Positions 1-12,850 of a stretch of DNA of 35,765 nt are shown one piece after another; positions within the stretch are counted from its first letter, which is position 1; the number at the start of each line of letters is the position of its first letter. The position numbers and the translations under genes were made by a program. The notes below the pieces were generated by a model. The model was not told where the DNA came from. It saw only the letters and a program-made list of their open reading frames with translations, and did no database searches. This DNA comes from Bigelowiella natans CCMP2755. Taxonomy: Eukaryota > Protista > Cercozoa. The stretch is taken from the NCBI GenBank assembly GCA_000320545.1, contig ADNK01001702.1:1-35765 (forward strand), in the 5' to 3' direction.

Positions 1-130
1 TGCAGTAAAGTGCCAGCAGCCTACTATATATATTTATTATATATATATATATATAAAATATATCATTGTACATGACCCTACCCTGTAGAATTCTCCCTTA
101 TCAGAAGTGTAATGTAGTTTTATTTACGTA

Positions 131-171
<41 letters not shown>

Positions 172-208
172 ACATAAATATATTTAATATCACAATGTTG
201 ATTGTTAC

Positions 209-1051
209 CAAGCAGCTCCTTTTCTTCTTCTTCTTCTCCTCCTCCTTCTGGTCTCCCTTTTCTTCTCTCTGACTACTCTCTACTCCGGGTACCTCCCCCC
301 CATGCTGGGGAGAAGTCATATCAAGATATCCCCCTCCTCCTCCCTTCTGGTGTTTCATCATTTTAGATAGCATGCTATTGCTATGCGAAAGGCGTTGGCG
401 TTTTGTATTTCCCCCTGCCGAACGAGGAGCCAAAGAAGCAAGAGGAAAAATATGTAATTAGACAAAAAAAAAAGATAATGATGATGATGGTAATGGTGAT
501 GATCAGTCGCATGTATAGAAGCTCTTCTACTATGATGGTACATAAAACTTCTGTGCAGTTATTCTTCTTCCACATATAACGCTGCAAGGCTGCAACTTAT
601 GTAGATAGTAGCATCATATTACATTTACTATACTGACACAGCACAGTGTATATAATACATATATTCAGACAATAATATAAACCAGTTATTATGTATCTAT
701 AGTGTTCGTGTGCGTGTGCGCACAGCACATTCAAATACACGTGTAGACGTAACTCTCCTCTCGGTGTCCAATTGCCCATTTCAACAATATACCAGCCCTC
801 GTTTTATAGTCTACTCTTCCGATTTCGTCTTCCTTTGTGTCATTCATTACCGTCGTCGTTCTTTACGAATTGCAAGGCGTCTTCCTCGTTGTTGAAGCGT
901 TTGTATTTGGCATTAGAAACACCTTGTGTAAGACCTGCGCATGTCTCCCAGTTGCCAACAACGCCCGAAAAACCATTTTTACCTTCTCTCACAGCGTAGA
1001 AGAATGAAGGAACGTGAGCAGCTAATGAGGATGAAGAGCGGGTGTCGGCCT

Positions 1052-1090
<39 letters not shown>

Positions 1091-1265
1091 TCGGTTGCAT
1101 TGGTGTCAAAGTGGATCCATTTGTATTCGCAGAAGGTAGTATCACCATCTTCACTCTCCTTGTCCTTTTTGACGTTGACCTCGTGCTACTGCTGTTGCTA
1201 GATTCATGACTTTCTTGGCTTTCTTTCCCGTGATTATTCGCTTCTCCCCGCAAAGACGCCGCCAT
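209..1265 (-). CDS. Spliced gene with an RNase H1 N-terminal hybrid-binding (Cauli_VI) domain; probably continues past the left edge of the window
   Basis: Phase-compatible GT-AG exons 1265-1146, 1049-851, 414-209. Exon 2 (absent from ORF track) translates FFYAVREGKNGFSGVVGNWETCAGLTQGVSNAKYKRFNNEEDALQFV, matching the HBD pattern FYAV..G...G....W..C......A.YK.F....EA..FV. No catalytic RNase H domain is visible in the window. Confidence 0.8.
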
Positions 1266-2417
1266 TCGATCTGTGCATTATGAATCACGAAGAATTAAAA
1301 ATGATGCGAAGAGAGTGGCAGTCCCGCTCATATATCCTCCTAAATGATATCGTCAATTTTCGAGATAATCAAGTTGATTGTCCAAGTGCCGTCGCGGATC
1401 AATCAAAAAATTGTATAGCACCAAGCCTTGCCTTCCTTAAATTTAACTAAATTTTTCTTGCTTTGCAGGTGACATTCATTGATTTTTAGCTGAATGATTT
1501 AAGCATGTTTCTTCTTAATTTATACATAAAAGTGGTTGCAAGTACCATAATTTCGTCGGCCTCTTCTTTTCATCATTTGGAAAGGTGCTGTGCTAGTGCA
1601 GCTGCTGCTTCTACTCAAGTTGTTGGTATTGAATCCATCAAGGGAACGTCGATGACTTGCTCCTCGATGTACTACCGACCTGCCCCTCCCAATACCGTTA
1701 CCTGCCCGCCCCCATCGCATTTCTATACTTAGAGGCCGAACCCTAAACATGGAAGGCGTTGTAGTAAAGTAAGAATTTTTTAAAAATTACATCATATGAA
1801 ACATATGAAAAAATAGTATGCATGCATTGAGTTAGTGTTTGCAGAAAATGGGGACCTGCTACTCTTGCTCCATACTTTCTCCCAAAGGCTTAGGCAACCC
1901 CCGAGGAAAAGAAGCAAGAAGGGGGATAAATTTATATGTTGTACTCTATACATCGAGTACCGTCCTCTAAAGATTGCCATAAAAGTTGTGAGACCAAGCG
2001 GACGGCAGAAGGCCCTGCACTAAGGCAATGGGGACTGTATAGCTTTACTTCCTCCTATTCTTCTTCTTACTCCTCTTCTTCTTTGTACAGAATGCAGCGG
2101 TCGGCGGGAGCTTGGCATTACTACTCGTCACTCGTCACAATGTGGAAGTATAGCTGTTGACATTTAATGATATCAAAACGAGATAATTAAGACCTACTTT
2201 CTGCCAACCAGCAAGAACAAACCTGGCGTAAAGTAGGCAAATTATTTAGAATATTCTGGAAATGATGGTTTTTTTAGGTGACTTTTTGGACGATCAGCGA
2301 GTACATCTACTGGAAGAAAGGCATCAATTTCTCTCTCTGTGCTTGCTGCTGCTTGCTCCTATTTGGTACGTAAGTGGCCAATTTTGCGGGAAGGAGTTAC
2401 GCATGCAATGATTTCAA

Positions 2418-2515
2418 ATGAACTCAATGCCATATTTAGAATGCGACAACATCATACTAATGATTTCTGATGAACTCATTTCCATATTCAGAATGCGACA
2501 ACATCATTCTGACGA
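2418..2515 (+). repeat. Diverged tandem duplication, period 52 bp
   Basis: atgaactcaatgccatatttagaatgcgacaacatcatactaatga at 2418 vs atgaactcatttccatattcagaatgcgacaacatcattctgacga at 2470. Confidence 0.85.
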
Positions 2516-2819
2516 ATTGGACCACTCATTATTATTACATCCGAGGAAAAAGACGTGGGGGGAGATAGGGAAAGAGAAGAAGAGGAAGAGAGAGGCCGTG
2601 CATCCATAATCTGGAAGGAAGAGAACATATAACGAAGAGGAAGAAATAAGGCTGCGTATCCGTACTCTGGAAGATAAACCTGTACTGAAATATAGCCCGA
2701 GTGATGTCAACATTTCTTCGTCCAACGCTTCGAGCAAAGATCAAGTACCGTAAGGTGCTTGAAGACTTATAGTTAAGTTATGAGGGACATCATACCGAAA
2801 TTTCCTTGTAATTAATTAG

Positions 2820-3452
2820 GATCTGGCAGGAACATTGAGAGAGGAGAAAAGATGTCTGAGAAACTATTCCACCAACGAAAACTGCTCCTCCTCTTCCTCT
2901 TCATCTTCACCCCCCTCGTTATTATCCAAAACCAACATTATACCTTGTGTGAAGACTACACCGGCCCATTGGAAATCGTCTAAAGAGTCGGTAATATAAT
3001 TTCCCCCACATTTTACCTTAAAATCTCGCGAAAGCCTTTTTAGTTCTCATCATCAGCATGTACAGATAAAGGAACACTTTAGTCTGAGGAGGACGTTCAT
3101 GGAGGATCAATACAAACGTGATATGCAAGAGGCCGTCGAAACAGAAAAGGAGATCGGGAGTGGGTGCACTTGCAATATCCCACCACAGCCAACAATAATA
3201 GATTCTCTTCTTCAATCCTACGGCAAATTTCCCATCGTCGTAGCGCAAATTGTCAGCTTATACCTTCCACCAAAGACAACACCAAAGTGCGAGTTGACGG
3301 ACGAGCAAGCGTATATCATTCATATGATAATGGAAGGCTCCAATATTTTCTTCACGGGACGGGCAGGAACTGGAAAATCCTTCCTCCTAAAAAAAGTGAT
3401 GACAAATAATATCTTCTTTTTGTCATTGTGCACACTGCACACAGATCCACAT

Positions 3453-3490
<38 letters not shown>

Positions 3491-6400
3491 CATATTTATT
3501 TATATGTTAAATTATTTACATACAATGATTTTCACATATATATCCGTGAAACACCAATATACAGCACCGATATACAGCATCTACCATGCAATATATTATG
3601 AATACTATGTGGTTATGTATGAGTGTGAATATCTGCTATTATAAATATCATATTTGTGTGCTTGGGGGTTGGTTGTTACAGCTTGAAGATGCTTTGAGTA
3701 CAAAACACAAAGCAGACACATTCGCCTTCACTGCATTAACGGGAGCAGCAGCAATGCAGATTAACGCCAAAACCCTACACTCGTGGGCGGGAATCGGTTT
3801 GTCAAAGATCTCATCTTCAATGCTGCGAAAGATATACGCAAACAGGAGCGCTGTAGCGCGATGGGTGAATACGAAGATTTTGATAGTTGATGAAGTCAGT
3901 ATGCTCTCCGCTGAAATATTTGAAGGTAGGTGTTATCTCCCCTCTTGGTAATGACATCTGTAATAAGTGTGTTGCAAGATTTATGAACGACGAATGACAT
4001 CTGTAATAAGTGTGGTGCAAGATTTATGAACGACGAATGACATCTGTAATAAGTATGTTGCAAGATTTATGAACGACGAAAATATCTATGAGTTTCCCCC
4101 TAAGTCATCATTGTTTTTGCGAAGGAGTTGAAGAATCAATCTCAGAATCATCATTATTAAAATAACTGTGCACAATCTCTCATCATCATAAACGACTAAA
4201 TTTGTGGTACCACGCATCGATGATGCATATGCTGAGTTTACTACTGCTGTTGGTAATAATATCAACATTAATTTGCATTTTGTAGCTCTGGAAATTGTTG
4301 CTAGGACATTGAAGCAGAATAGCCAACCGTTTGGTGGGATGCAACTGGTAATTACTACAATGCTTCTCACTCGTTTCACGACCAGGGATTTTTCCTTCTT
4401 CTCACCCCCCCTCCTTTCTCGTCCTTTCTCACACGCAAAATACAACCTTCTCACACGCAAAATACAATAAACGCAAACAACACCCTTTATATATTTTGTA
4501 AATCTATGAATCATCATTATCATCATCATCATCATCATCATCGTTATCATCATCATTGATGCCATTATCGTCGGTAGCGGCAGCGTGTTGAAAGTTCTCC
4601 TCCTCCTCCTCCTCCTCCTCCTCATTATCATCATCACCCAAAAGGTATTTGCCGGTGACTTTCATCAGCTGCCCCCCGTAGATTGTAGACGGTTGTGCTT
4701 CGAAAGCAAGCATTTCGTCAAGTGCTTTCCTCATTCACAGCGGCTCATGCTCACCAAAGTCTTTCGTCAAACTGATGCTAAGCTGAGAGATCTTTTGGAA
4801 GACATCAGAGAGGGCACACTCTCAACATCATCTCTGCGCACTTTAAGGAGGCTATCAAGGCCACTATGCTCACACCATGGAGTTGTAGCAACGCAATTGC
4901 ACGCAACCAACCAGAATGTGGACAAGATCAATAATAGGCGTCTTACTGAGATCAACGAACAACTTCATACTTTTCACGCTATTGATAGTGGTTGGTAATG
5001 TTAGTTAGCTGTTGTGGATGGTGATCATAAATGATGATTGATGGGTGATAATACACTGCTAATGGGTTCTAAAGCTCTTTCTCTCTTCTGCTGTACCATC
5101 ATACAAACTAATACCAGTGAAATGAACTGCTGAGGGCAATTCTCCTTATTCCCATCCAGATCCAAGCAGACTAATATTTTCTTTTTGTCTGTACAATTTA
5201 TGCAATTAGTATTTAATGATGCGAGATGGCTCCCTTCCCTTTCTTCTTTTTTATTTTTGTCCCCTTTCTTCTTCATTTTTTTCTTCCATTATCATTGCTT
5301 CATTTAACTCCTCCGACCGACTGAATCATGACGTCCTCCTCCTCATCATCATCATTATTATCATGCATCATCATTATCATCATCATCATCATCATTATCC
5401 GTAACTAACCCTACCTATCTACCTCAGGGGATCCAATGTACCTTCGGCAGATAAATATGCCAGAGTGCATTAAATTAAAAATAGGTGCTCAGGTTATGGT
5501 TACGAGAACTGTCACACAGGCGTTTGAGATCACAGAAGACGATGATCCTGACCTCGCTAGGGTGGGTTGCTGGTGTCGTGTTGCGAACAAGCTATGTACT
5601 ACTACTACTACTACTACTACTACTACAACTATCATGACGACCGACGACAAGTGATTATCACTACCATATCATCATCATCATCATCATCATCTTCATCATC
5701 TTCATGAAAAGAAACAAAATAATGCCCAACAACGATTGGCTAATAATATCATATTATAACACGTAGTAGCAACATTTGCAGCACACATATTCATAACTTA
5801 CAAGCCTATTGAGTGAAAGTTGGTTGTTGATTTGGTACAGCAGTGTGTCAGCAGTGTGAGACTCTACAACGGAAGAAGAGGGGTAGTGACAGGATTTACT
5901 ACCATTTCGGAAGACCCTTCCATTTTCGAAATCAAGCTTGCAAGACTTACAGGGAGCGATCCCCCTCATGACGTTCGGTATGAGGCTCCCATCGTTCAAT
6001 TTTCAAACGGCACCAAGTATTGCGTGCCGCGTGTTCAGTTTACTCTAGAAAAGAAGGTAGTAGCTAGGTCAAGGACTACTGATAGTCGGCACCATATATT
6101 TGTTATAGTAGTAGTAGTAGTAATAATAATAATAAGGGAATGTATGTGCGCAGCAGCAGTAGCAATTTCTACATCATTTTTGCTGTGCTTCCGGCACTGT
6201 GAACACACACTACTGCTACTGGCGCTTAATCACATCATCATCTGTGAACACTACTGCTACTGGTGCTTAATTACATCATCATCTGTCTATAGTAGTCGTG
6301 GTGTGTGAAAACTATACAAATTGCACATAATATTCCAAATTGTAGTAGCATACAGCATGCAGCAAGATGATGACACAAGTACAAACAGGAAGGAGCCTCA

Positions 6401-6544
6401 ACCTGCTTTGTCAAGTAAAGACATACATAATATATTCATATCTCATGGGCAGATTGTTGATTCGGAGACTGGAGAGATTAGGATGGAAGAGTTGGCGCAA
6501 AGGACCCAGATTCCTTTGAAGCTAGCCTGGTAATAATGTAAACG

Positions 6545-6583
<39 letters not shown>

Positions 6584-6758
6584 CAACTGCCAGCAACGAC
6601 AAGTAGCATAGAAGTGCTAATGTGTGCTCTGCGAATATTGTTCCACATTATTATTGGTATTATTCTTATATTATTTCTACTATATTGTCTTGTTGACACA
6701 GCTTACTACTACTACTACTACTACTACTACATGTGTTGTTGTTCTTTCTATATGATAT

Positions 6759-6790
<32 letters not shown>

Positions 6791-6929
6791 TTGCTACTAC
6801 TACTACTTTAGGTCGATGACCATTCATAAGTCACAGGGAATGACGGTTGATAAGGTGCTTGCACCTCTTATTCAACCAATACTTGATACTTGATGGTTCT
6901 CGCTTTCTCTCTCTCTTTCTCTCTCTATT

Positions 6930-7012
<83 letters not shown>

Positions 7013-8171
7013 GTCTATGTGTGTGGTGTGTATGTTTCTTGTGTTGTGTGGTATTATACCAGTTGGTCGTGAATATTGCTGCTTGTTGTGTTGTGTGGTA
7101 TTATACCAGTTGGTCGTGAATATTGCTGGCGCATTTGAGGCAGGTCAAGCCTATGTCGCAATTTCGCGTGCAAGTTCCCTTCACTCGTTACAGGTTCTTC
7201 TTCTTACTTCTCAACCGCTTTCCTCTTCAATCTCTTCTTATTCTTCTTCTTCTTCTTCTTCTTCTTCTTCGTCTTCTTCTTCTCCTTCTACTCCCTCCCC
7301 TTCTCTCTTTTCCTCTTTCTCTTCTTCTCAACTTTTCTCTTTGTCTGGTTGGGCTTCATCTTTGCTACTACTACTGCTGCTGATGCTGCTGCTTCTTCTT
7401 TACTGCTATATACCAGCATCATCGTCGTCGTCGTCATCATCATCATCATCATCATCATTATAATCTCCATCAAATGCACAACTTTAAACATAGGTCCGTG
7501 GCTTCCAGCGCGGGAAAAACATTCGGACAAACTACAAAGCTCGAAGATTCTTTAAAGGCATCGAGGCAGCTGCCAAACACCGCAACTACGACCCTTCTAT
7601 TACTAGGAAGATACGACAATGTATTGCAACAATGTCCGTGCAGAACGAAGCTTTGATGAAGGAAGTGCATCGAATCGAGGAAGAGCTAAATTGCTATTTA
7701 TACCACGCCAACACAGAGGAAACGCTCTCATCGGATGCTACTACTACTACTTCTACTAGTACTACTACTGTGCCAAAGAGTAAACGTCAACATGTTGAGG
7801 AAACTGAAGTAATAGACTTGAGCTCTCCTGTTTCAGAATCCAGAAGAAAGAGGATCCGAAGACACGCATCACCATCCAATTGTCATATTCTTGCACTTGG
7901 CTCACCGTCGTCGCAGGAGTCCCCGTCCTCGTCATCTTCGCATACGTCTCCATCGTCTTCGCTGTATTCCAAAAGTCCTTCATTGTCAAATATGAAAACA
8001 GAAAACGTTCCTGCTGTCTGCTTCACCTCTCCATCATCAGTTCATTGTGCGATAGTAGAGGCAAATGAAGACACCAACGAAATAGAAGGAAAAGGCTGCA
8101 ATTGTCCAATTCCCCCACTACCCATTTACAAAGTTGTCACAGAAATCGAAGACGATGGCAACAAAGGATGA
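2820..8171 (+). CDS. PIF1: PIF1-family 5'-3' DNA helicase (SF1B); 5' end unresolved, further exons probably upstream of 2820
   Basis: Exons ~2820-2990, 3066-3396, 3682-3925, 4286-4347, 4645-4990, 5428-5561, 5841-6056, 6453-6529, 6812-6854, 7110-7193, 7494-8171 join in phase. They give motifs in order: FFTGRAGTGKS, TALTGAAA..I...TLHSWAGIG, LIVDEVSM, PFGGMQLVFAGDFHQLPPV, LTKVFRQ, LKIGAQVM, LYNGRRGVV, RTQIPLKLAWSMTIHKSQGMT, FEAGQAYVAISR. Confidence 0.95.
3950..4078 (+). repeat. 3 x 43 bp intronic tandem repeat
   Basis: aatgacatctgtaataagtgtgttgcaagatttatgaacgacg at 3950, 3993 and 4036, with single-base differences. Confidence 0.95.
7039..7128 (+). repeat. Tandem duplication (period 47) of a PIF1 3' splice site plus exon start
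   Basis: ttgtgttgtgtggtattataccag|ttggtcgtgaatattgctg at 7039-7081 and 7086-7128. Confidence 0.9.
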
Positions 8172-8257
8172 AGCTATAAGAATAAATATACCACACTATA
8201 CTAACTAAAAGGATGAAGCTATAATAATCAATATACCACACTGTACTAACCGAAAGG
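8163..8257 (+). repeat. 2 x 45 bp tandem duplication spanning the PIF1 stop codon
   Basis: aaaggatgaagctataagaataaatataccacactatactaacta / aaaggatgaagctataataatcaatataccacactgtactaaccg. Confidence 0.9.
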
Positions 8258-8640
8258 GTCTTTAGCAAATGAAGCAGCTTTGAATAAGAACAGTGAAGCA
8301 GTTTGCTCTATAATGGGATTGCTCTAGCCGCCAAGTATTATACGATGCCCGATCTTGGTCATACCGAGGAGGATGGCGAGATTGGTTTCTCAGGCATGTA
8401 TTCTTGCTTTTTATGCCGAGACCAATTCATAGAACAGTAGTGTCGGACAATGATGGAACAAGTTAATACATAATAATTATCAAGTAACGTACTGCGATAA
8501 ATGGTGATTAGTCAGAGCTCCAGTAACTAAATTTAATGACGAAGTAAGACCCGAAAGTGAGCCTGCTGCGAGTCAACAACTCAATGAAATCTCTCCCCTC
8601 TTGTTGATCCTGAAACTGATACTGTGAATGGCGATTCGAC

Positions 8641-9560
8641 AAATCAACACGTCTTCGTTGATGATGTGTCGTGCATCATGCGCATGCTAGCATGGCACAG
8701 GTGCTCATCAAGCCGGTGGATTTCGTGTTCCCAGCAATTCTGCAAGTCCACAGAAGAACACAATGTGGCGACCGAAGTCGTTAGATGTTCATAAGTGACG
8801 CAGTGCAACACAATGTGTCGATTGCACGCTGTCTCAATCTCAATGCCGCCGCAGCGCCGCATGCCAGTGTGTGCAGTGCTACGTGCGAGTGTCTAGGTGT
8901 GCTGTGCTGCAGTGGTGTTTGCTCGCAGCGCTAGAGCGTCATGCAATTCAATCGAACAAATCCAGAAATTGATGCGTGTGTGTGTTCGTGCACGTTTGGT
9001 TCAGCACAGGATGCTTTCTTCTCGCGATGCGAAATGCTAGAATGGCTGGACAGGGAAACACTCTCACGCACACAAGACACTAGACACAGCTAGACAGCTG
9101 GACAGCGCAGTTGTGAAAAACCACGCATGCTAGCATGTCGATGCTCTCACGCTAGCACGTCCAAACGTGCGTGCACGTCGATCTAGCGATGCAAATAGCG
9201 CTGTCTAGCTAGAGCTAGAGAGCGCTGGAGAGCGATGGCTTGCGGGATGCAATGGATGCAATGAATTGATTGAACCTCTGGACCTTTTCAATGATCATCC
9301 TGCTGGCCTCACCCTGCTAGCCTGTTCATCCCTGCGGTCATGCACATCCGACTTTTCACTGACGATGATGAAGTCGAACCCACAGCACCTCTTCAGCAGC
9401 CTGGAGTTGGAATTTCCTCTGAACAAAGGTGATGGCGCACACGAGCCTTCGTTCGCTCGCCAACAATGAAGTTTGGAAGTGAGAAGTGCGACATGCGTGC
9501 ATGCTGGCATGCGTGCGACACTTGCGCCATGCACGGGCAAAATGTCCTGTCGTCATGTTG
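8641..9560. other. TpA-depleted intergenic island 1
   Basis: Manual count: 17 TpA in 920 bp, 13 of them in CTAG; TG/CA/CG rich; TpA returns abruptly after ~9563. Confidence 0.9.
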
Positions 9561-9632
9561 GAAATAGCCTATATTTTACGAAATATCGGAGTTTATTATC
9601 GGAGATTTGTGCTCTATGATTCTTCCAGAATA

Positions 9633-11324
9633 ATGGAGGACACGAAGAACAACAAGGCGAGTTTGTTACTCGAGAAAATAATTTGATAATTTGAAGATGG
9701 AACAATGCATCCTTTGGTGTAGAACATCGTCTAAATAATGTTTTGTAACCTTGAAGAGACCTCGCTCTAGTGGCGACAGCGGATCCAATGCTCCTTCAAA
9801 GACAAAAGCTAGTAAAGTCAGGAGAGTTAAAGGTTGTGAATGAAAGGGGCATGGGGATCAATTTTGCTGACGGTTTTTTTTATTTAGCTTCCTCAACAAC
9901 ACATATCTTTCTCATTTCACACCCCTCCCTTCCCTCTGCATCACCAGGCCCGGCAAGGGATAAAGGCGACAAGCGAAAGATCATTGTGGTTTTGCAAAAG
10001 GTAGATTCGTATACCAAGATGATATAATATGGGAGCTTTGCGTGGTATACGATTTCTTGTTTATCCTCGTTACATATAGGCTGCCTTGGAAACAGTGAAA
10101 ACAAAGAAAGGATATGAACTGGTGTCGGCAGATTCGCACAAGTGAGTAGAGTACTACTAGTAGCATAATGCTAGCAGTAGTGAGTATTGCTAGCTAGACT
10201 ATGATCATGTACTACGACCTTCTTATTAGCTCCACTTTTTAATTCACTTGATCAAACTCCTACACAGGTCTATTCTGACAAAACTGAAGAAGGATATATC
10301 TGAGTATAGGTGGTGTTTTACTGAGGTGGTGTGTGTGGAGATGTTTTTCTCATTGAGTTGACTTGGCTTGTTTTTGTTAAAATAGGCCTGATATTGTGCA
10401 CCAATGCCTTCTCACTCTTCTCGATAGTCCTCTGAATAAGGTCTTACAATAAACAAATAAAGAAGGGAAGGAGAGAGCTTGTCTTTTTATAATTATTGCA
10501 CGCATGTATTTTGTACGTAATTTACTGCTAAAAACTATTAGTACTATCCCTGCTGCTGCTCCTGCCGGTGGCGGTGGTGGTTGTGGCGTATATGTATGTA
10601 TGTATTGCATCTGTGGACCATCGCCTATGCTGTTTGAACTCCTTTGTTAACCTTCTTTGTAACACAGGCTGGGCTACTGAAAATTTACATTGAAACTAGG
10701 AATGTAAAACAGCAGCATATATACGCATATGCATACATTTTGTTTACATACATGCAATGTTCTGTCCTAAGCACATCCAAAAGCATATCGATATCAAAGG
10801 TGCAAGCGTATGTGTGTGCGTCTAGCCGCAGTGTATAGGTGTTATTTATGCACATGAATGTGATTTATCTAAATATCCACATTATTAACTTTGGACCACC
10901 CACAGAATCAAATCATTGACGTGCATCCTTCTCTGCGCATTCCACGTACCTTCAACAGATTTGCTGGGCTCATGGTACAACATTCCTATTCAATGCGTGC
11001 CCCTGATAGCACCACTTCATTGTTGAGTTTTTAAACACATCTGCTGCTCTCTGCTGTCATGGCTTTGCATGATATCTACAGATTTATCACTACTGCTACT
11101 GCTACTGCTACTACCATCATTACGTCATCGTCGTCGTTCACATATTAGGTTCAGCTCCTGCACAAAATGAAGATCCGTGCAGTAGGCACTTCGGATGTAG
11201 TAAATAAGATGATGATGATGATAGAGGGGAAGAGGATTCAAGATACAACAACGCTAAGAGGAGCATAATAATACATAGTTTGTATGCTATGCATGAGTAC
11301 TATCACAAACACTAATACGCTAAA

Positions 11325-11367
<43 letters not shown>

Positions 11368-12058
11368 ACATGTGTAACATTTAATCTAAAATTCCATGCT
11401 AATGAAAAGGTGTTGATGAAGATGATCAAGCGCCCAATGACAGCTCATCTGCCAGCAGGGTGTATTAAGATCGGCACATCCAATAAGGGAAAATTGGTAG
11501 TTGTTGCACCTGTAGTTGCTACTAATATTGATATTAACTGAGGCCGATGATGATGATGATGATAATGACGGTGGTGATCATGCTCGTATAGGTGGATTTG
11601 GATGAATATGTTCCCACAATATCTCCCGACTCTCGTCCCATCGTGTTCGTAGTTGGGGCTATGGCGCACGGGCAGGTACAACACATGCAATGCATGCACA
11701 ATTCGTGATAAAAGTAATATCGAGATTAAATACGGAAGAATAATACAAACTCCATCAAAGAAGTCACTATTGTTTCGAGGGGGTTCGGATACGGTCTTTT
11801 TTCACGTTGTTGTAGGCATATAACTACATACCATAAAACGAATCGATTTTTTGTGGGAGCATGGGAAGCTCTCCATCATTCGTGTGTTGTTGTTCTTTCA
11901 ATGAAAATTTGGAAGCATAATAGTCCACCGCATTATATACGTAGGCAACAGTTGACTGGGAGGAGGAATGCATTGCGGTATCTCAGTACGCGCTATCTGG
12001 CTCTGTCGCTTTGGGGAGAATGATGAATGCATTTGAGCGCTACTGGGGTATTCTATGA
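9633..12058 (+). CDS. EMG1: EMG1/NEP1 SPOUT-class 18S rRNA pseudouridine N1-methyltransferase, ~249 aa, 12 exons
   Basis: Exons 9633-9656, 9757-9832, 9948-10000, 10080-10141, 10268-10309, 10386-10440, 10668-10703, 10906-10974, 11149-11196, 11410-11496, 11592-11675, 11945-12058 sum to 750 nt in phase. Translation includes [97 protein letters not shown]. The first two exons are less certain. Confidence 0.95.
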
Positions 12059-12199
12059 TACCAGTAGCTGTAGACAGCATAGTGTGCTAGTGTTCTAAGT
12101 AAACATTACGCAATACGTACCGTGTCTGTTATACGCATGTTCCTGCAATTATGAGATGGATGTAATGAATTGATTGAATCTTTTCGATCAATGGTCATA

Positions 12200-12850
12200 T
12201 CAATGCAGCGAAGCATTTTCTAGTTTTGTCGCCATGAGCATGCTGAAACATGCATTTGCAAAATGAACGAAGTGACACAACTTGCATGCACGAGCGCTGC
12301 TGAGTAACAACCATGGCCAACATTTCATTTCCTATACTGTCGGCGGTTGCAAAAATTGCCAAAATAATTAATAAATGCGAAACATGAAATTTTGCCAATT
12401 GCATGAAGACCTGCTATTGTTGAACTAAATTGCTAGAATGACAGGCATGATGAAAATCCTTTTGACTAATGACGCGGTACATCACACATATATGTCTTTT
12501 GTGAAAACAATCTTTGTCAAAAATGACATGCGCGTGGCGATGCGACGATAAATAATGCGACAGTTAACTGTGTTAGCTAGCTTAATCTCAATATCGCAGC
12601 ATGTTGGATGTAATGCTACAAAATGCGCTAACATCCCATTTCACATTGATACATCAATAAGCATGTTTAGATGTTTGCCAAGTCCGCATGCAGCTTCGCA
12701 GCAGGTGTCCAAATGTATAAATGAACAACAGTCTATAGTATGAACTGCGCGTCCGATGGAAACGCAGCATCATATGGCATTGCTACACTGGCATGCCATT
12801 GCATGAGCTTGAAATGATGCCTGCCGCGATGCGATGCGAGGGAGGTGCGA
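12200..12850. other. Partially TpA-depleted intergenic island 2
   Basis: Same TGCA/GCAT-rich texture as the other islands, but many TpA remain; lies between the convergent EMG1 and fibrillarin 3' ends. Confidence 0.6.

Noticed and set aside
2504-2752. In-frame TAA at 2607 between coding-like segments, suggesting stop-codon reassignment
   Set aside because: Fibrillarin ends in TAA and no reconstructed gene has an internal stop; the 5' exon structure here is simply unresolved.
3950-4078. CRISPR-like array
   Set aside because: Head-to-tail repeats with no spacers, inside a eukaryotic intron.
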